From: Malacoraja senta
Lineage: Eukaryota
Direction: 5' to 3'
DNA length: 64,000 bases
NCBI GenBank assembly: GCA_038087875.1
Contig: CM075992.1
Span: 10,914,001 to 10,978,000, forward strand
The notes under the pieces are model-generated. The model was given only the letters and a program-made list of their open reading frames with translations. It was not told the origin of the DNA and ran no database searches. Positions within the stretch are counted from its first letter, which is position 1. Every line of letters begins with the position of its first letter. Below are positions 10,864 through 22,368 of this stretch, one piece after another. A program made the position numbers and the translations under genes.

Positions 10864-13800
10864 TTATTTATTAGAAGTACATTACATCACAGCCACATAC
10901 ATTAATACTCGTCATTTATATCTTCTTACAATTAATGTACTCCCTTTATTTTTTTTTTACGCTAAAGAAAGAAAAGATTGAAAGAGAGAAGAAAGTGAAG
11001 GAAAAAGTGCAAGTGTAGAAAAGTGTAGAAAATGTAACAACAAACAAAAAAAAAAAAAAGGACGAGGACCCTATGAAAGCGAAATTAAAGACAAAAAAAA
11101 AAAAGGAGTTAAGAAATAGGCCCTAAGAAAAGAAAAGAGAGAGAGAAAAAAAGAAAAACAAATGTTTTTTTTTTTTTGAGCATCACGTAAATAGGACATA
11201 CCAACTCTTCAACTATCATCCCCCCTTACCCGACCTCAATTTTTTATTTTTTTAAAGTACTTTTGCACCCTATGTTTGTAATAATTCTATAAATGCAGAC
11301 CACGTCAGGTGGAAGTGATCTGGTTTACCTGCTAGGAGGAGTCTTATCTCTTCAAGGTGTAGTGTTTCAAACATATTTGAAATCCACATATTTATAGTTG
11401 GTATTGGAGCCTTCTTCCAAAATTTTAGAATTAGCTTTTTTCCAGTTATTAACCCATAATCCATTAATTTCTTTTGAAACACATTTAGTTCTGGATCATC
11501 TTCCGTTATTCCGAAGATAATCCATTCTGCTTTGGGTATCAGTCTTGTTTTAAATAACTTTGTAAAGATTTCAAAAATTTCATTCCAAAATTTTTGAATT
11601 TTTGTACAGAAGACAAATGAGTGCGCTATAGTTGCTTCTTGGGATTGACATTTATCACAAATAGATGATACGTTTGGGAAAATTTTATGAATTTTAGTTT
11701 TCGAATAATATAATCTATGTAAAATTTTAAATTGTATTAAAGTGTGTCTTACATTAATCGAGCATTTATGTACTTTTAATAAGTATTCATTCCAACTTTC
11801 CTTTGAAATTTTAATGGCTAACTCTTGTTCCCAGTCTCTTCTGATACCCTCCGTAGATGGTATTTGTACATTTAAGATAATATTGTACAAATATGATATT
11901 AAGTTTGCTGATTCCGCTTTTGTCTGCATTGCCTCGTCCAGTACATCTGCTGGGTTATTATGATGATCTTTTATATATTTTTTCAAATAGTCGCATATTT
12001 GAAAGTATTTAAAATATTGATTATTTCCGAGTTTATATTTTATTTGTAATTGTTGAAATGAAAGTAATTTTCCAGTTTCATACAAGTCACCAAGCGTTTT
12101 AATTCCTAGTCTATCCCATTGTGTATAAGCTTTATCTATAATAGAAGGACTAAACGAAGGGTTATTGACTATAGGTAATAAAAGTGATAAGTTTCTTAAT
12201 TTTAAATTTTGTTTTATTTGTTTCCAAATACGGATTGTACTATGAATAATTGGGTTCTTATTATAGTTTATGTTATTCAATTTCATTGGAGAGAGGAGGA
12301 TCGCTCCAATGTTTCTAGAGGAGCAATCCTCTTTCTCCATTACAATCCAGTCTACTTGCTGGGCGGAGTTATCCATCAGTTGAATCATGTTTTTAATATT
12401 TACTGACCAATAATAATACATAAAATTGGGTAGTGCTAGACCCCCCAATACTTTAGATTTATTCAGATGGGTTTTTTGTATTCTATGTGATTTATAGTCC
12501 CATATAAAATTAGTGATATCTGAGTCGAGTTTTTTAAAAAACTTCTTAGGTAAGTATATAGGGATTGATTGAAATAGGTATAAAATTTGTGGTAAAAAGA
12601 TCATTTTTATTGCGTTTATTCGGCCTATTAAAGACATCGGAAGCGTTTTCCAGAATTTAATTAATGTATTCAGTTTATTAAGTAGGGGGTCAAAATTTGC
12701 CCTGAGCATACCTTGATATGCTCTGGTAATTTCGATTCCCAAATATTTAAATTTTTCTGTAGCTATTTTAAAAGGGAATTTTAAAAGATGTGTTGAATCT
12801 TTCGGTTTTATTGACATAATTTCACTTTTATTCCAATTTATTCTATATCCAGAAAAAGATCCGAAGTCTTCAATTAAATTTAATATATTTGGTATAGTGA
12901 TTTGAGGTTTTGTGATATACAATAATATATCATCCGCGTATAAAGATATTTTATTATATGAGTCTTTAGTATTATATCCATGAATATCAGGGTGTATTCT
13001 AATTTTTTCTGCTAGCGGTTCAATAATGAGAGCAAACAGCTGTGGTGATAATGAGCATCCTTGTCTATTTCCCCTTGATAGTTGAAATTTCGAGGATAAT
13101 ATGTTATTAGTAAGTATTCTAGCTGTAGGTTTGTTATATAGTAACTTAATCCATAAAATAAAATTCTCTCCCAGTTGAAATTTTTGTAATACTTTATCCA
13201 TATAATTCCATTCTACTTGATCAAATGCTTTTTCAGCATCCAGCGAAATAATTGATAATTCTTGATCTTCAGATTTGTGTGAGTGCATTATGTTGAGTAG
13301 ACGTCTCATATTATTAGAAGAGTATCTCTTAGGGATAAACCCTGTCTGATCTGGGTTTATTAATTTACTAATGTATTTACTTAATCTTCTGGCTAATGTT
13401 TTCGCTAATATTTTTTGATCTGTGTTTAACAATGCTATAGCTCTATATGAGCCAGGATCTTCTAAATCCTTATTTTTCTTAGGTATTAATGTAATCGTTG
13501 ATTCCGCTAATGTATCAGGTAGTATTCGTTTTTTAAAAGCGTATTGGTACATTTTTTGTAGTCTTGGTATTATTTTTTCATAAAAGTTTTTATAAAATTC
13601 ATTAGTAAATCCATCAGGGCCTGGTGTTTTTCCATTTTTTAGTGAGTTTATTGTATCTTCTAATTCCTTAATTGAGATTTGTGCACCCAGTTCCTCTTGT
13701 TCCTTCAGCTCTAACTTTGGAAGATTACAGGTATCCAAGAACTTTGTGATATTATTGGAATCAATTATCGTTTTAGATGTATACAAATTCTCGTAAAATT

Positions 13801-15126
13801 GCGCAAATCTTTTATTAATATCCTTCGGTGTTGTTAATAATTCCCCTTTATCTGATTTGATCTTTGGTATAGTATGTTCCTTTTCTCGTTTTTTTAGCTG
13901 GCGAGCCAAAAGTTTATGCGGTTTATCCCCAAATTCAAAGTGCTCTTGTTTTGTAATTTGAAAAAGTCTTATAAGTTTGGCAGATAATAATTTATTTAAT
14001 TTAAATTTTAAAATTATTATTTTATTATGTTTATCTATTGTTGGATCTTTAGCATTATCTATATCCATTTGTCTAATAAGTTCTTCTAACTGTCTTTGTT
14101 CATTCTTATTCTTTTTATTTTGAAAAGCTTGATATGAAATTATAATACCCCTAATGTATGCTTTAAAAGATTCCCAAAGTAAAGTAGGCGATATATCTGA
14201 AGTATCATTTGTTTGAAAAAAGACCTCCATTTGTTCTTTTAAATATATACTCGCTTGTGGATCTTTTAAAATTTGAGAGTTAAATCTCCAGAATGAATTA
14301 TTCTTAGACAATCCTTCCAGTTTTAAAAAGAAAGTTAGTGGAGAATGGTCTGAAATTGAATTTGTATGATATATTGCATTAGATGTTTGGGGGATTAATT
14401 TTGTATCCAGCAGAAAGTAGTCTATACGTGAGTATGTCTTATGTACCATTGAGTAAAACGAATATTCCCTGCCAGTTGGGTTCACAATTCTCCAAACATC
14501 TGCTATATTAGTGTTGTTTATGTAGGTATTGAGGAGTTCCCCAGTTTTCGATTTCATATTCCCTCTCTGTTTTTGACTTGATTTATCTAAGTACGGGTCT
14601 AAAACACAATTAAAGTCTCCGCCTATTATAACATTTTGATAGTTTGACTCTGCAATTATATTAAAGATTTTATTGAAAAAGTGGGGGTTATCAAAGTTAG
14701 GGGCATATATATTTACCAAAGTAAGTGGAGTGTCATGGATTTCTCCATTAACTATTAGGTATCTCCCTTCTATATCTGTTATAATATTCTTTGCTTTAAA
14801 TGGTATACCTTTTCTTATGATAATTGACGTGCCTCTAGATTTTGAAGTGAATGAAGAGTGGTATGTTTGACCTATCCATTTCGCCCTCAGCCTAACTTGG
14901 TCCTGAGGTTTTAGGTGTGTTTCTTGTAGGAAGGTAATGTCAGAATTATACATTTTTAGCTGAGCTAATATCTTACCCCTTTTGATAGGTTCATTAATGC
15001 CTCTTATATTCCAACTACAAAATGAGACTCCTCCTAGGTTCTTTTGTGTGGTGTCATGCATTTTGAATAATTATAGTACCTTTGAATCTTGTGGTGCGTC
15101 CATATCCCAGGTCTTTAGGTATTGGT
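10832..15126 (-). mobile_element. L1-clade LINE, 5'-truncated (ORF2 + 3' UTR + poly(A)), young insertion
   Basis: Poly(T) on + at 10827-10858; TSD CTCCCCATTACTTTTT at 10816-10831 and 15127-15142; empty site near 20946-20961. Confidence 0.95.
11270..15061 (-). CDS. L1 ORF2p (APE endonuclease, reverse transcriptase, C-terminal CCHC), uninterrupted 1263 aa
   Basis: EN motifs SWNIRG, FLQETH, NIYAPN, GDFN, RIDYF, SDH; RT motifs SLDAEKAFD, RQGCSLSP, LYADD, FKYLG; CDKC...H...C knuckle. Confidence 0.95.
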   Translation of the reverse strand: MHDTTQKNLGGVSFCSWNIRGINEPIKRGKILAQLKMYNSDITFLQETHLKPQDQVRLRAKWIGQTYHSSFTSKSRGTSIIIRKGIPFKAKNIITDIEGRYLIVNGEIHDTPLTLVNIYAPNFDNPHFFNKIFNIIAESNYQNVIIGGDFNCVLDPYLDKSSQKQRGNMKSKTGELLNTYINNTNIADVWRIVNPTGREYSFYSMVHKTYSRIDYFLLDTKLIPQTSNAIYHTNSISDHSPLTFFLKLEGLSKNNSFWRFNSQILKDPQASIYLKEQMEVFFQTNDTSDISPTLLWESFKAYIRGIIISYQAFQNKKNKNEQRQLEELIRQMDIDNAKDPTIDKHNKIIILKFKLNKLLSAKLIRLFQITKQEHFEFGDKPHKLLARQLKKREKEHTIPKIKSDKGELLTTPKDINKRFAQFYENLYTSKTIIDSNNITKFLDTCNLPKLELKEQEELGAQISIKELEDTINSLKNGKTPGPDGFTNEFYKNFYEKIIPRLQKMYQYAFKKRILPDTLAESTITLIPKKNKDLEDPGSYRAIALLNTDQKILAKTLARRLSKYISKLINPDQTGFIPKRYSSNNMRRLLNIMHSHKSEDQELSIISLDAEKAFDQVEWNYMDKVLQKFQLGENFILWIKLLYNKPTARILTNNILSSKFQLSRGNRQGCSLSPQLFALIIEPLAEKIRIHPDIHGYNTKDSYNKISLYADDILLYITKPQITIPNILNLIEDFGSFSGYRINWNKSEIMSIKPKDSTHLLKFPFKIATEKFKYLGIEITRAYQGMLRANFDPLLNKLNTLIKFWKTLPMSLIGRINAIKMIFLPQILYLFQSIPIYLPKKFFKKLDSDITNFIWDYKSHRIQKTHLNKSKVLGGLALPNFMYYYWSVNIKNMIQLMDNSAQQVDWIVMEKEDCSSRNIGAILLSPMKLNNINYNKNPIIHSTIRIWKQIKQNLKLRNLSLLLPIVNNPSFSPSIIDKAYTQWDRLGIKTLGDLYETGKLLSFQQLQIKYKLGNNQYFKYFQICDYLKKYIKDHHNNPADVLDEAMQTKAESANLISYLYNIILNVQIPSTEGIRRDWEQELAIKISKESWNEYLLKVHKCSINVRHTLIQFKILHRLYYSKTKIHKIFPNVSSICDKCQSQEATIAHSFVFCTKIQKFWNEIFEIFTKLFKTRLIPKAEWIIFGITEDDPELNVFQKKLMDYGLITGKKLILKFWKKAPIPTINMWISNMFETLHLEEIRLLLAGKPDHFHLTWSAFIELLQT

Positions 15127-15174
15127 CTCCCCATTACTTTTTGATGTTGTTGTTTACAGTAAACATTTGAAATG

Positions 15175-15295
15175 GTTCCTCCGCTCAGTCCGCCTATGTC
15201 TACGTGATCTCCTGGTTGCTAAACACTTTAACTTGCCCTATTCCCATACTGACCTTTCTGTTCTGGGCCTCCTCCACTGTCAGAGTGATACTCAA
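15175..15295 (+). mobile_element. Penelope 3' fragment (also duplicated at ~20994-21114)
   Basis: VAKHFNLPYSHTDLSVLGLLHCQS, matching the GIY-YIG C-terminal region at 17518-17775. Confidence 0.65.
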
Positions 15296-15956
15296 CAGAA
15301 TTCTCACTGACTTAGCCCATCTCGTGCGGCCTCACTAAAGTCCGATAGAACAGCATCATGACATCCTGATTCTTATCCGAGTGGTGGCACCATCGAGTGT
15401 GGCTGTCTCGCCTGCAGCTGTCTGTCCTTTCATTCATTTTGTTATTTTTTAGTCTGTTTTAAAGTTTGTTTTTGGAGGTCTATTAGTCTTTTTTTACGTG
15501 GGGGGAGGGGGAAACTGTTTTCCTTAGTCACTTCCTGGCCGAGGATGCGACTATTCTCCGAGCCGCTTCTTCGCCCCCTCCTCGCAGCCTACCATCTGGA
15601 TTGGCACGGCCTTTCCTGCTGGAGACCGGCCAGAGCTTCAGCTTCAGCAGCGGCGCAGCACTGGATTCCATCGCGGAGCAAGCGATGCCTTACCGGGAAT
15701 CGCCGTGTTGGAGCTCCGGAGTGCTGGGACTGCCGACTTTGAACACCATGGAGCTGTGGTCTGTGGAGCTTCCAGCCGCTGGCGGCGCTGACTTTCCAGC
15801 CGCTGGTACCACTGACTTTGACATCGCGGTGCCTGGGATCTCTTGTCGAGGTCGCCAGCGTTGAATCTCCGACCAGCTCGGCCTGTGGACTTCGGAAGCT
15901 GCGGTTTCTGGTAGGAAGCGGCTGATTCGGAGGCTCCGTGCTGCTGAGAGTGTTGG

Positions 15957-16465
15957 TGCCAGAGGGACCACATCACCCCGATTCTGGCCTCTCTCCACTG
16001 GCTCCCTGTGCGGTTCCGAATAAATTTCAAGATCCTTCTTTATGTTTACAAAGCCCTTAACGGGCTTGCCCCCACCTACATCAACAGTCTGCTTACACAC
16101 CACACCACTTCCAGGTTCCTCAGATCGGCCGACTTGGGGTTACTGACTATCCCGCGGTCTATGCATAAGCTGAGGGGCGACCGCACCTTTGTGGTTGCAG
16201 CTCCTAGACTATGGAACAGCATCCCTCTTCCCATCAGAACTGCCCCCTCTTTCGACTCTTAAGTCGAGACTTAAAACTCATCTTTACTCTCAAGCCTTTC
16301 TTGACGCACTCTGAGGGAGGGCTATATGTATGTATTGATGTATGTATGTATTAAATCTATGAACCACTGTTGTATAACGTTAGTACCTCCACCAATGTAA
16401 AGCACTTTGGTCAACGAGAGTTGATTTTCAAATGTGCTATAGAAATAAAAGTGACTTGACTTGAC
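15957..16465 (+). mobile_element. L2-clade LINE 3' end inserted in a non-coding repeat
   Basis: HITPILASLHWLPVRFRINFKILL..YKALNGLAP..WNSIP; tail gtaaagcactttgg...aataaa + (gactt)n. Confidence 0.85.
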
Positions 16466-16627
16466 ATCCCTCACAGTGTGAAACATTGATTCCGCTGTCG
16501 GGGGGATGTTTTTTATGTTTTATGTTAAATTCTAATGTTGTGCTTAGCTTATTTTTGTGCTGCATGGTAACTCAAATTTCACTGCACCAATTGGAGTATG
16601 TGACAATGTCTTTTGTCCTTTATACTT

Positions 16628-17150
16628 AGAGTCATAGAGCTTTCAAACAGGTCCTTCGGCCCAATTTGCCCACACTGACTAACATGACCCATCTATTCAT
16701 GTGTCCCACCACGATTTCCCTCCAAATGTATCCTATCCATGTACCTGTCTAAATGTTTCTTAAACATTGCGATAGTACCTGCCTCAACTACCTCCTCCGC
16801 AGCTCATTCCATACATGCACTACCCTTTGTGTTAAAAGGTTGTCCCTCAGGTTCCTATTAATTCTTTCCTCCTTCACCTTAAAACTGTGTCCTCTGTTTC
16901 TCTATTCCCTTACTCTGGGCGTGTGACTGTGTGTTTACTTGATCAATTCCGCTCACGATTTTATACAACTCTATAACATCACCCCTCATCCTCCTACGCT
17001 CCAAAGAATAGTGTCCTAGATTGCTCAACCTCTCTCTATAGCTCAGGCCCTTGGGTCCTGGCAACATCGTCATAAATCTTCTCTGTACCCTTTCCATCTT
17101 GACAACAAGTTTCCTGTAACATGAAACTGAACACAATACTCTAAATGTCA
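16628..17150 (-). mobile_element. CR1 LINE 3' end
   Basis: ERVQRRF..LPG..LSYRERL..YSLERRRMRGD. Confidence 0.85.
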
Positions 17151-17960
17151 GGGGAGTGGGCAGTACAGAGATAAAATGTAGTCAGAGACAGGAAGACTAC
17201 CAGAACTGGTAAGGGATGGAGAGAGAGAGAAAGCAACGGCTACTTAAAGTTAGAGAAGTCATTGTTCATGCCTCTGGGGTGTAAGCTACCCAAGCAAAAT
17301 ATGAGGTGCTGTTCCTCCAAATTGCACTGGGCCTCACTCTGACAATGAAGGAGACGCAGGACAGAAAGGCCAGTGTGGGAGTGGGAAGGGGAATTAAACA
17401 CCTGTCCCTATACCTCCCCCCACGACTCCGTCGCAGGATCCCAAGAGTCTTTTCAGGTGAGGCAGAGGTTCACTTGCACCTCCTCCAACCTCATTTACTG
17501 TATGTGCTGTTCCAGGTGTGGACTCCTGTATATCGGCGAGACCAAGTGCAGGCTCGACGATCGTTTTGCTGAACACTTTCTGCCTAAATCTACCTGATTT
17601 CCCAGTTGCTCATAACTTTAATTCCCCCTCCAATTCCCACACTGAGGTTTCTGTCCTGGGCCTCCTCCATTGTCTGAGTCGGGCACGGCCCAAATTGGAG
17701 GAACAGCACCTCATATTTTGCATGGGTAGCTTACACCCCAGTGGCATGAACATTGACTACTCTAACTTCAAGTAGCCCTTGCTTTCCTTCTGTCTCCATT
17801 CCCACCCCAGTTCGCCTACCAGTCTTACTGTCTCCGACTACATTCTATCTCTGTACCGCCCACTCCCCTGACATCAGTCTGAAGAAGGGTCTCGGCCCGA
17901 AACGCCACATATTCCTGTGCCGCCGAGTTACTCCATCATTTGGTGTCTGTCTTCGATTTA
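17150..17960. mobile_element. Penelope 3' ends in inverted arrangement (minus ~17150-17400, plus ~17400-17960) with GIY-YIG fragment
   Basis: FTCTSSNLIYCMCCSRCGLLYIGETKCRLDDRFAEH; 17240-17390 is the reverse complement of 17620-17790; hammerhead-like core at 17879-17906. Confidence 0.8.
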
Positions 17961-18100
17961 AACCAGAATACAGAAGACATTCATCAGATGTTGTCTGCAA
18001 CAGAAAAGCCTGGTTTAAGGAGAGATTGGATGGTGAGTTTCCATTCACTGGAGGTGCTGCCAAACATAATGGAGGGTTATATCATTATGATGGGCCCCAC

Positions 18101-18136
18101 CAAAGATACTAGAGGAGCTCCGCTATATAATCTTTG
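18101..18136. mobile_element. 36-bp fused-TIR relic of the CAAAGAT (P-like) family; probable excision footprint
   Basis: caaagatactagaggagctccgctatataatctttg flanked by a perfect 8-bp direct repeat ggccccac (18093-18100, 18137-18144). Confidence 0.7.
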
Positions 18137-19091
18137 GGCCCCACCACCGCCCCGCGCTCCCTGCCCCGCCCCGCGCTCATTGGTCGGCCCCGTCCCGCCC
18201 CGCCCCGCGCTCATTGGTCGGCCCCGCCCCACGCGCTCCCTGCCCCGCCCCGCGCTCCCTGCCTGCCCCGCCCACGCGCTCCCACTGCCCCGCTCCCTGC
18301 TCCGCCCCGCCTGCTCCGCCCCGCGCGCTCCGACCCCGCCCCCCCCCCCCCCCCCCCCGCGAGCTCCAACAAGTTCCGCGCGCTGCTACCCCCGACCTGC
18401 GCGCGCGCTCTGACCAACCGCCTCCCTGGACCAAAGATGCCGTGCACCGCTCCCCCATCAATGGCCGCCCTGCTCCGCCCCGCGGGCTCCCATCCTCCTT
18501 TTCCTGCGCGTTCCGACCAACTGTCGCTCCACTCTGCCAGTCCACTGCTCGCCATCTGCCGCCGTTTGGTGACGGTCGCTTTGCAAATCGTTTCGAGGGT
18601 ATGTGAACTTTATAACACGCGGCAAGGTGTGTGCCCGCTGCTGCTGCAAAACTTTCCATTCACCTCCTGCCAGAACGTCAAAATAATTTAAGATTCCCTA
18701 TCTCTCAACTATTTTCCCCTTCCTGTGTAGGATCTTTCATTCATCGTTGTCTCCTTAGAGCGTGAACTTCATTACAATTTCCAACTCTAAACCTTCCATT
18801 CACTGTTTCTCTGAATGTCAAACCTCATATTCACCTATGTAAGTATTCAAATAATGCATTCATCATTTCCTAATTGTAAAATGCTTTATTCATGTTAGCA
18901 CACAAACATAGAAAATAAGTGCAGGAGGAGGCCATTCGGCCCTTCGATTCATTGTGATCATGGCTGATCGTCCCCAATCAATAACCCGTGCCTGCCTTCT
19001 TCCCATATCTCTTGATGCCACTAGCCTCTAGAACAAAAGATTCTCACTGTATCTTGGTACACGTGACAATAATAAACTAAACATTTACCAT

Positions 19092-19473
19092 CAAAGATCT
19101 TATAGCAAGCAAGATAGATCACTCAACGAAAAAGACAGCCATGGGCAGATTCAAGGGTAATTTTTGGCCCCATTTGATTTCCACAACTGGCTTCCGTCTC
19201 CGCACCAAAGATCCCATAGGATACTAGTGCAGAGACGGAAGCCGGTTACGGAAACATCCTCGTAAAAATAAAAGTTATTTGGGAAAAATCTCCTTTTCAG
19301 TATTATAATTTATTAACACAAACTGTCCCCCCGCATAGCTGATTACACTGCGGGTCGGGTCGGGTTACTGAAATGGATGGAAAAAAAGGCCCACGTTCCG
19401 CTCCGTTGCGTACTACACGTCAGCCCATTGCATTTAGAAGGAGTGGTCTATCTTGCTTGCTACAGGATCTTTG
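19092..19473. mobile_element. MITE with 33-bp TIRs and 8-bp TSD (P-element-like; hAT not excluded)
   Basis: TIRs caaagatcttatagcaagcaagatagatcactc / gagtggtctatcttgcttgctacaggatctttg; TSD tttaccat (19084-19091, 19474-19481). Confidence 0.85.
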
Positions 19474-19479
19474 TTTACC

Positions 19480-21585
19480 ATGGAAGAGCAAGTGGTATTG
19501 AATAAAGAAATTAGGTCGTCAGTGCTGAGATGGAGGGGAGACGCCTCGATGGTGCAGATGTCGGGAGCAGCTATGAAAGCCTCAGAGAAGTTACTGGCAG
19601 TCGAAGAGTTTGATTACATATTCTACCTTGCAGCAAAACTTGAATAACATTTCAGCAGCACCAAGATTTTAGGTTTTCCAGCTATAAATAAACCCTATTG
19701 AAAAACTTGAACTTAAGTCAAGTAGCAGGAAACTAAAACAACTAAATCTATACTTATTTTGCATACCCTTAATTTTCCTTTGAATTTAAGCAGTGTGTGC
19801 AATGGGCATCAATGATCCCATCAGTTCCCATAAGATTACTTAGTTCAATATTACCACCAGGGGCGCTGTACGATTGGCAGCCCTGCCAACAGCCTGTTTT
19901 TTCTTTTTTTGTTATTTAAGTGTGTTTAAAAAGTTTGTATAAAAAATGTTCTCCTGTTTGTTTTATATGTGGGAAGGGGGAGGGTCTCTTACCCTGCCGG
20001 AGATGCGAGTTTTCCGGATCTCATCTCCGGTTGTTCTGCTGCCTAACATCGTGGAGTTGGAGGCCTGCTCGGACTGACTTTGAGCCACACCGCGGGGCAT
20101 GGCCTTATCATCAGAGCTGTTCCCTTGCCTGGGACTTTACATCGAGAGCTCGCGGTCTCGGGAGAGGCTGAGACAGGAGCTCCAACGATGCAGAGATTCG
20201 ACGCCCCAACCTGGAGTCCGATTGCCCGCATGGAGGAGCACACATCCCCCCGATGGGGGAGCTGATCGCCCCAACGCGGAGGGCCCAAACGCCGCCGGCT
20301 ACGGGAGTCAAGATCATCCTGTCAACGGAAGGCTCGAGGCCCCCGACCGCAAGGGAACAAAGAAGAGAAGAGATTGAACTTTTTTTTTCACCTTCCATCA
20401 CAGTGAGGAATGTGGAGGAGTCACTGTGATGGATGTTTATATTAAAATGTATTTTGTGTGTTTTGTTGCTTTTTATTTGTATGACTGATAAGTTGGCTTA
20501 TCAGTCATACAAATAAAGTTGGCTAATAAAGTATTATTGTAATTTATTATTTGTAATAAAGTATTATTGTATTGTATTGTATTACCCATGGTGTGTTTTC
20601 AGTCCTGTGACTCATGATCCTCACTGCCACTTCCCTCGTGATTCTGTAATTCCTGAATTTGATATAAACATGTCTGGATAAAGTTAAACAAGACTCTAAT
20701 AGTAGCGCATGTCATCGTTTATTGTACTTACGAATATACCAACTGCTATTCCTTTGAACACTCAATTCTCGTTTAACTTTAATGTTATTACTCACATTTA
20801 CAGCTCTTTAACTGCAGATAATCTCAAAGAAGTCATTCCAATAATCACCTGGAGTTGTATGTACAGGTGATCATTACTTTCCACTCTCTTGCACTTTGCG
20901 AATGTACATTCATCCTTTTCAATACAAGAATCAAACCCATTACCCCTCCCCATTACTTTTTGATGTTGTTGTTTACAGTAAACATTCGAAATGGTTCCTC
21001 CGCTCAGTCCGCCTATGTCTACGTGATCTCCTGGTTGCTAAACACTTTAACTTGCCCTATTCCCATACTGACCTTTCTGTTCTGGGCCTCCTCCACTGTC
21101 AGAGTGATACTCAACAGAATTCTCACTGACTTAGCCCATCTCGTGCGGCCTCACTAAAGTCCGATAGAACAGCATCATGACATCCTGATTCTTATCCGAG
21201 TGGTGGCACCATCGAGTGTGGCTGTCTCGCCTGCAGCTGTCTGTCCTTTCATTCATTTTGTTATTTTTTAGTCTGTTTTAAAGTTTGTTTTTGGAGGTCT
21301 ATTAGTCTTTTTTTACGTGGGGGGAGGGGGAAACTGTTTTCCTTAGTCACTTCCTGGCCGAGGATGCGACTATTCTCCGAGCCGCTTCTTCGCCCCCTCC
21401 TCGCAGCCTACCATCTGGATTGGCACGGCCTTTCCTGCTGGAGACCGGCCAGAGCTTCAGCTTCAGCAGCGGCACAGCACTGGATTCCATCGCGGAGCAA
21501 GCGATGCCTTACCGGGAATCGCCGTGTTGGAGCTCCGGAGTGCTGGGACTGCCGACTTTGAACACCATGGAGCTGTGGTCTGTGG
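19480..21585 (+). repeat. Near-identical duplicate of 9349-15766 lacking the L1 insertion
   Basis: Direct alignment with scattered single-base differences; the ORF-track peptides repeat almost exactly. Confidence 0.95.
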
Positions 21586-21587
21586 TC

Positions 21588-22368
21588 TCTCTCAACTATT
21601 TTCCCCTTCCTGTGTAGGATCTTTCATTCATCGTTGTCTCCTTAGAGCGTGAACTTCATTACAATTTCCAACTCTAAACCTTCCATTCACTGTTTCTCTG
21701 AATGTCAAACCTCATATTCACCTATGTAAGTATTCAAATAATGCATTCATCATTTCCTAATTGTAAAATGCTTTATTCATGTTAGCACACAAACATAGAA
21801 AATAAGTGCAGGAGGAGGCCATTCGGCCCTTCGATTCATTGTGATCATGGCTGATCGTCCCCAATCAATAACCCGTGCCTGCCTTCTTCCCATATCTCTT
21901 GATGCCACTAGCCTCTAGAACAAAAGATTCTCACTGTATCTTGGTACACGTGACAATAATAAACTAAACATTTACCATCAAAGATCTTATAGCAAGCAAG
22001 ATAGATCACTCAACGAAAAAGACAGCCATGGGCAGATTCAAGGGTAATTTTTGGCCCCATTTGATTTCCACAACTGGCTTCCGTCTCCGCACCAAAGATC
22101 CCATAGGATACTAGTGCAGAGACGGAAGCCGGTTACGGAAACATCCTCGTAAAAATAAAAGTTATTTGGGAAAAATCTCCTTTTCAGTATTATAATTTAT
22201 TAACACAAACTGTCCCCCCGCATAGCTGATTACACTGCGGGTCGGGTCGGGTTACTGAAATGGATGGAAAAAAAGGCCCACGTTCCGCTCCGTTGCGTAC
22301 TACACGTCAGCCCATTGCATTTAGAAGGAGTGGTCTATCTTGCTTGCTACAGGATCTTTGTTTACCAT
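21588..22368 (+). repeat. Duplicate of 18701-19481, including a second MITE copy (21979-22360)
   Basis: Constant offset of 2887; same TSD tttaccat, so duplicated rather than independently inserted. Confidence 0.95.

Noticed and set aside
21979..22360. Independent second insertion of the P-like MITE
   Set aside because: Same TSD and same left flank as 19092-19473; it is part of the segmental duplication.
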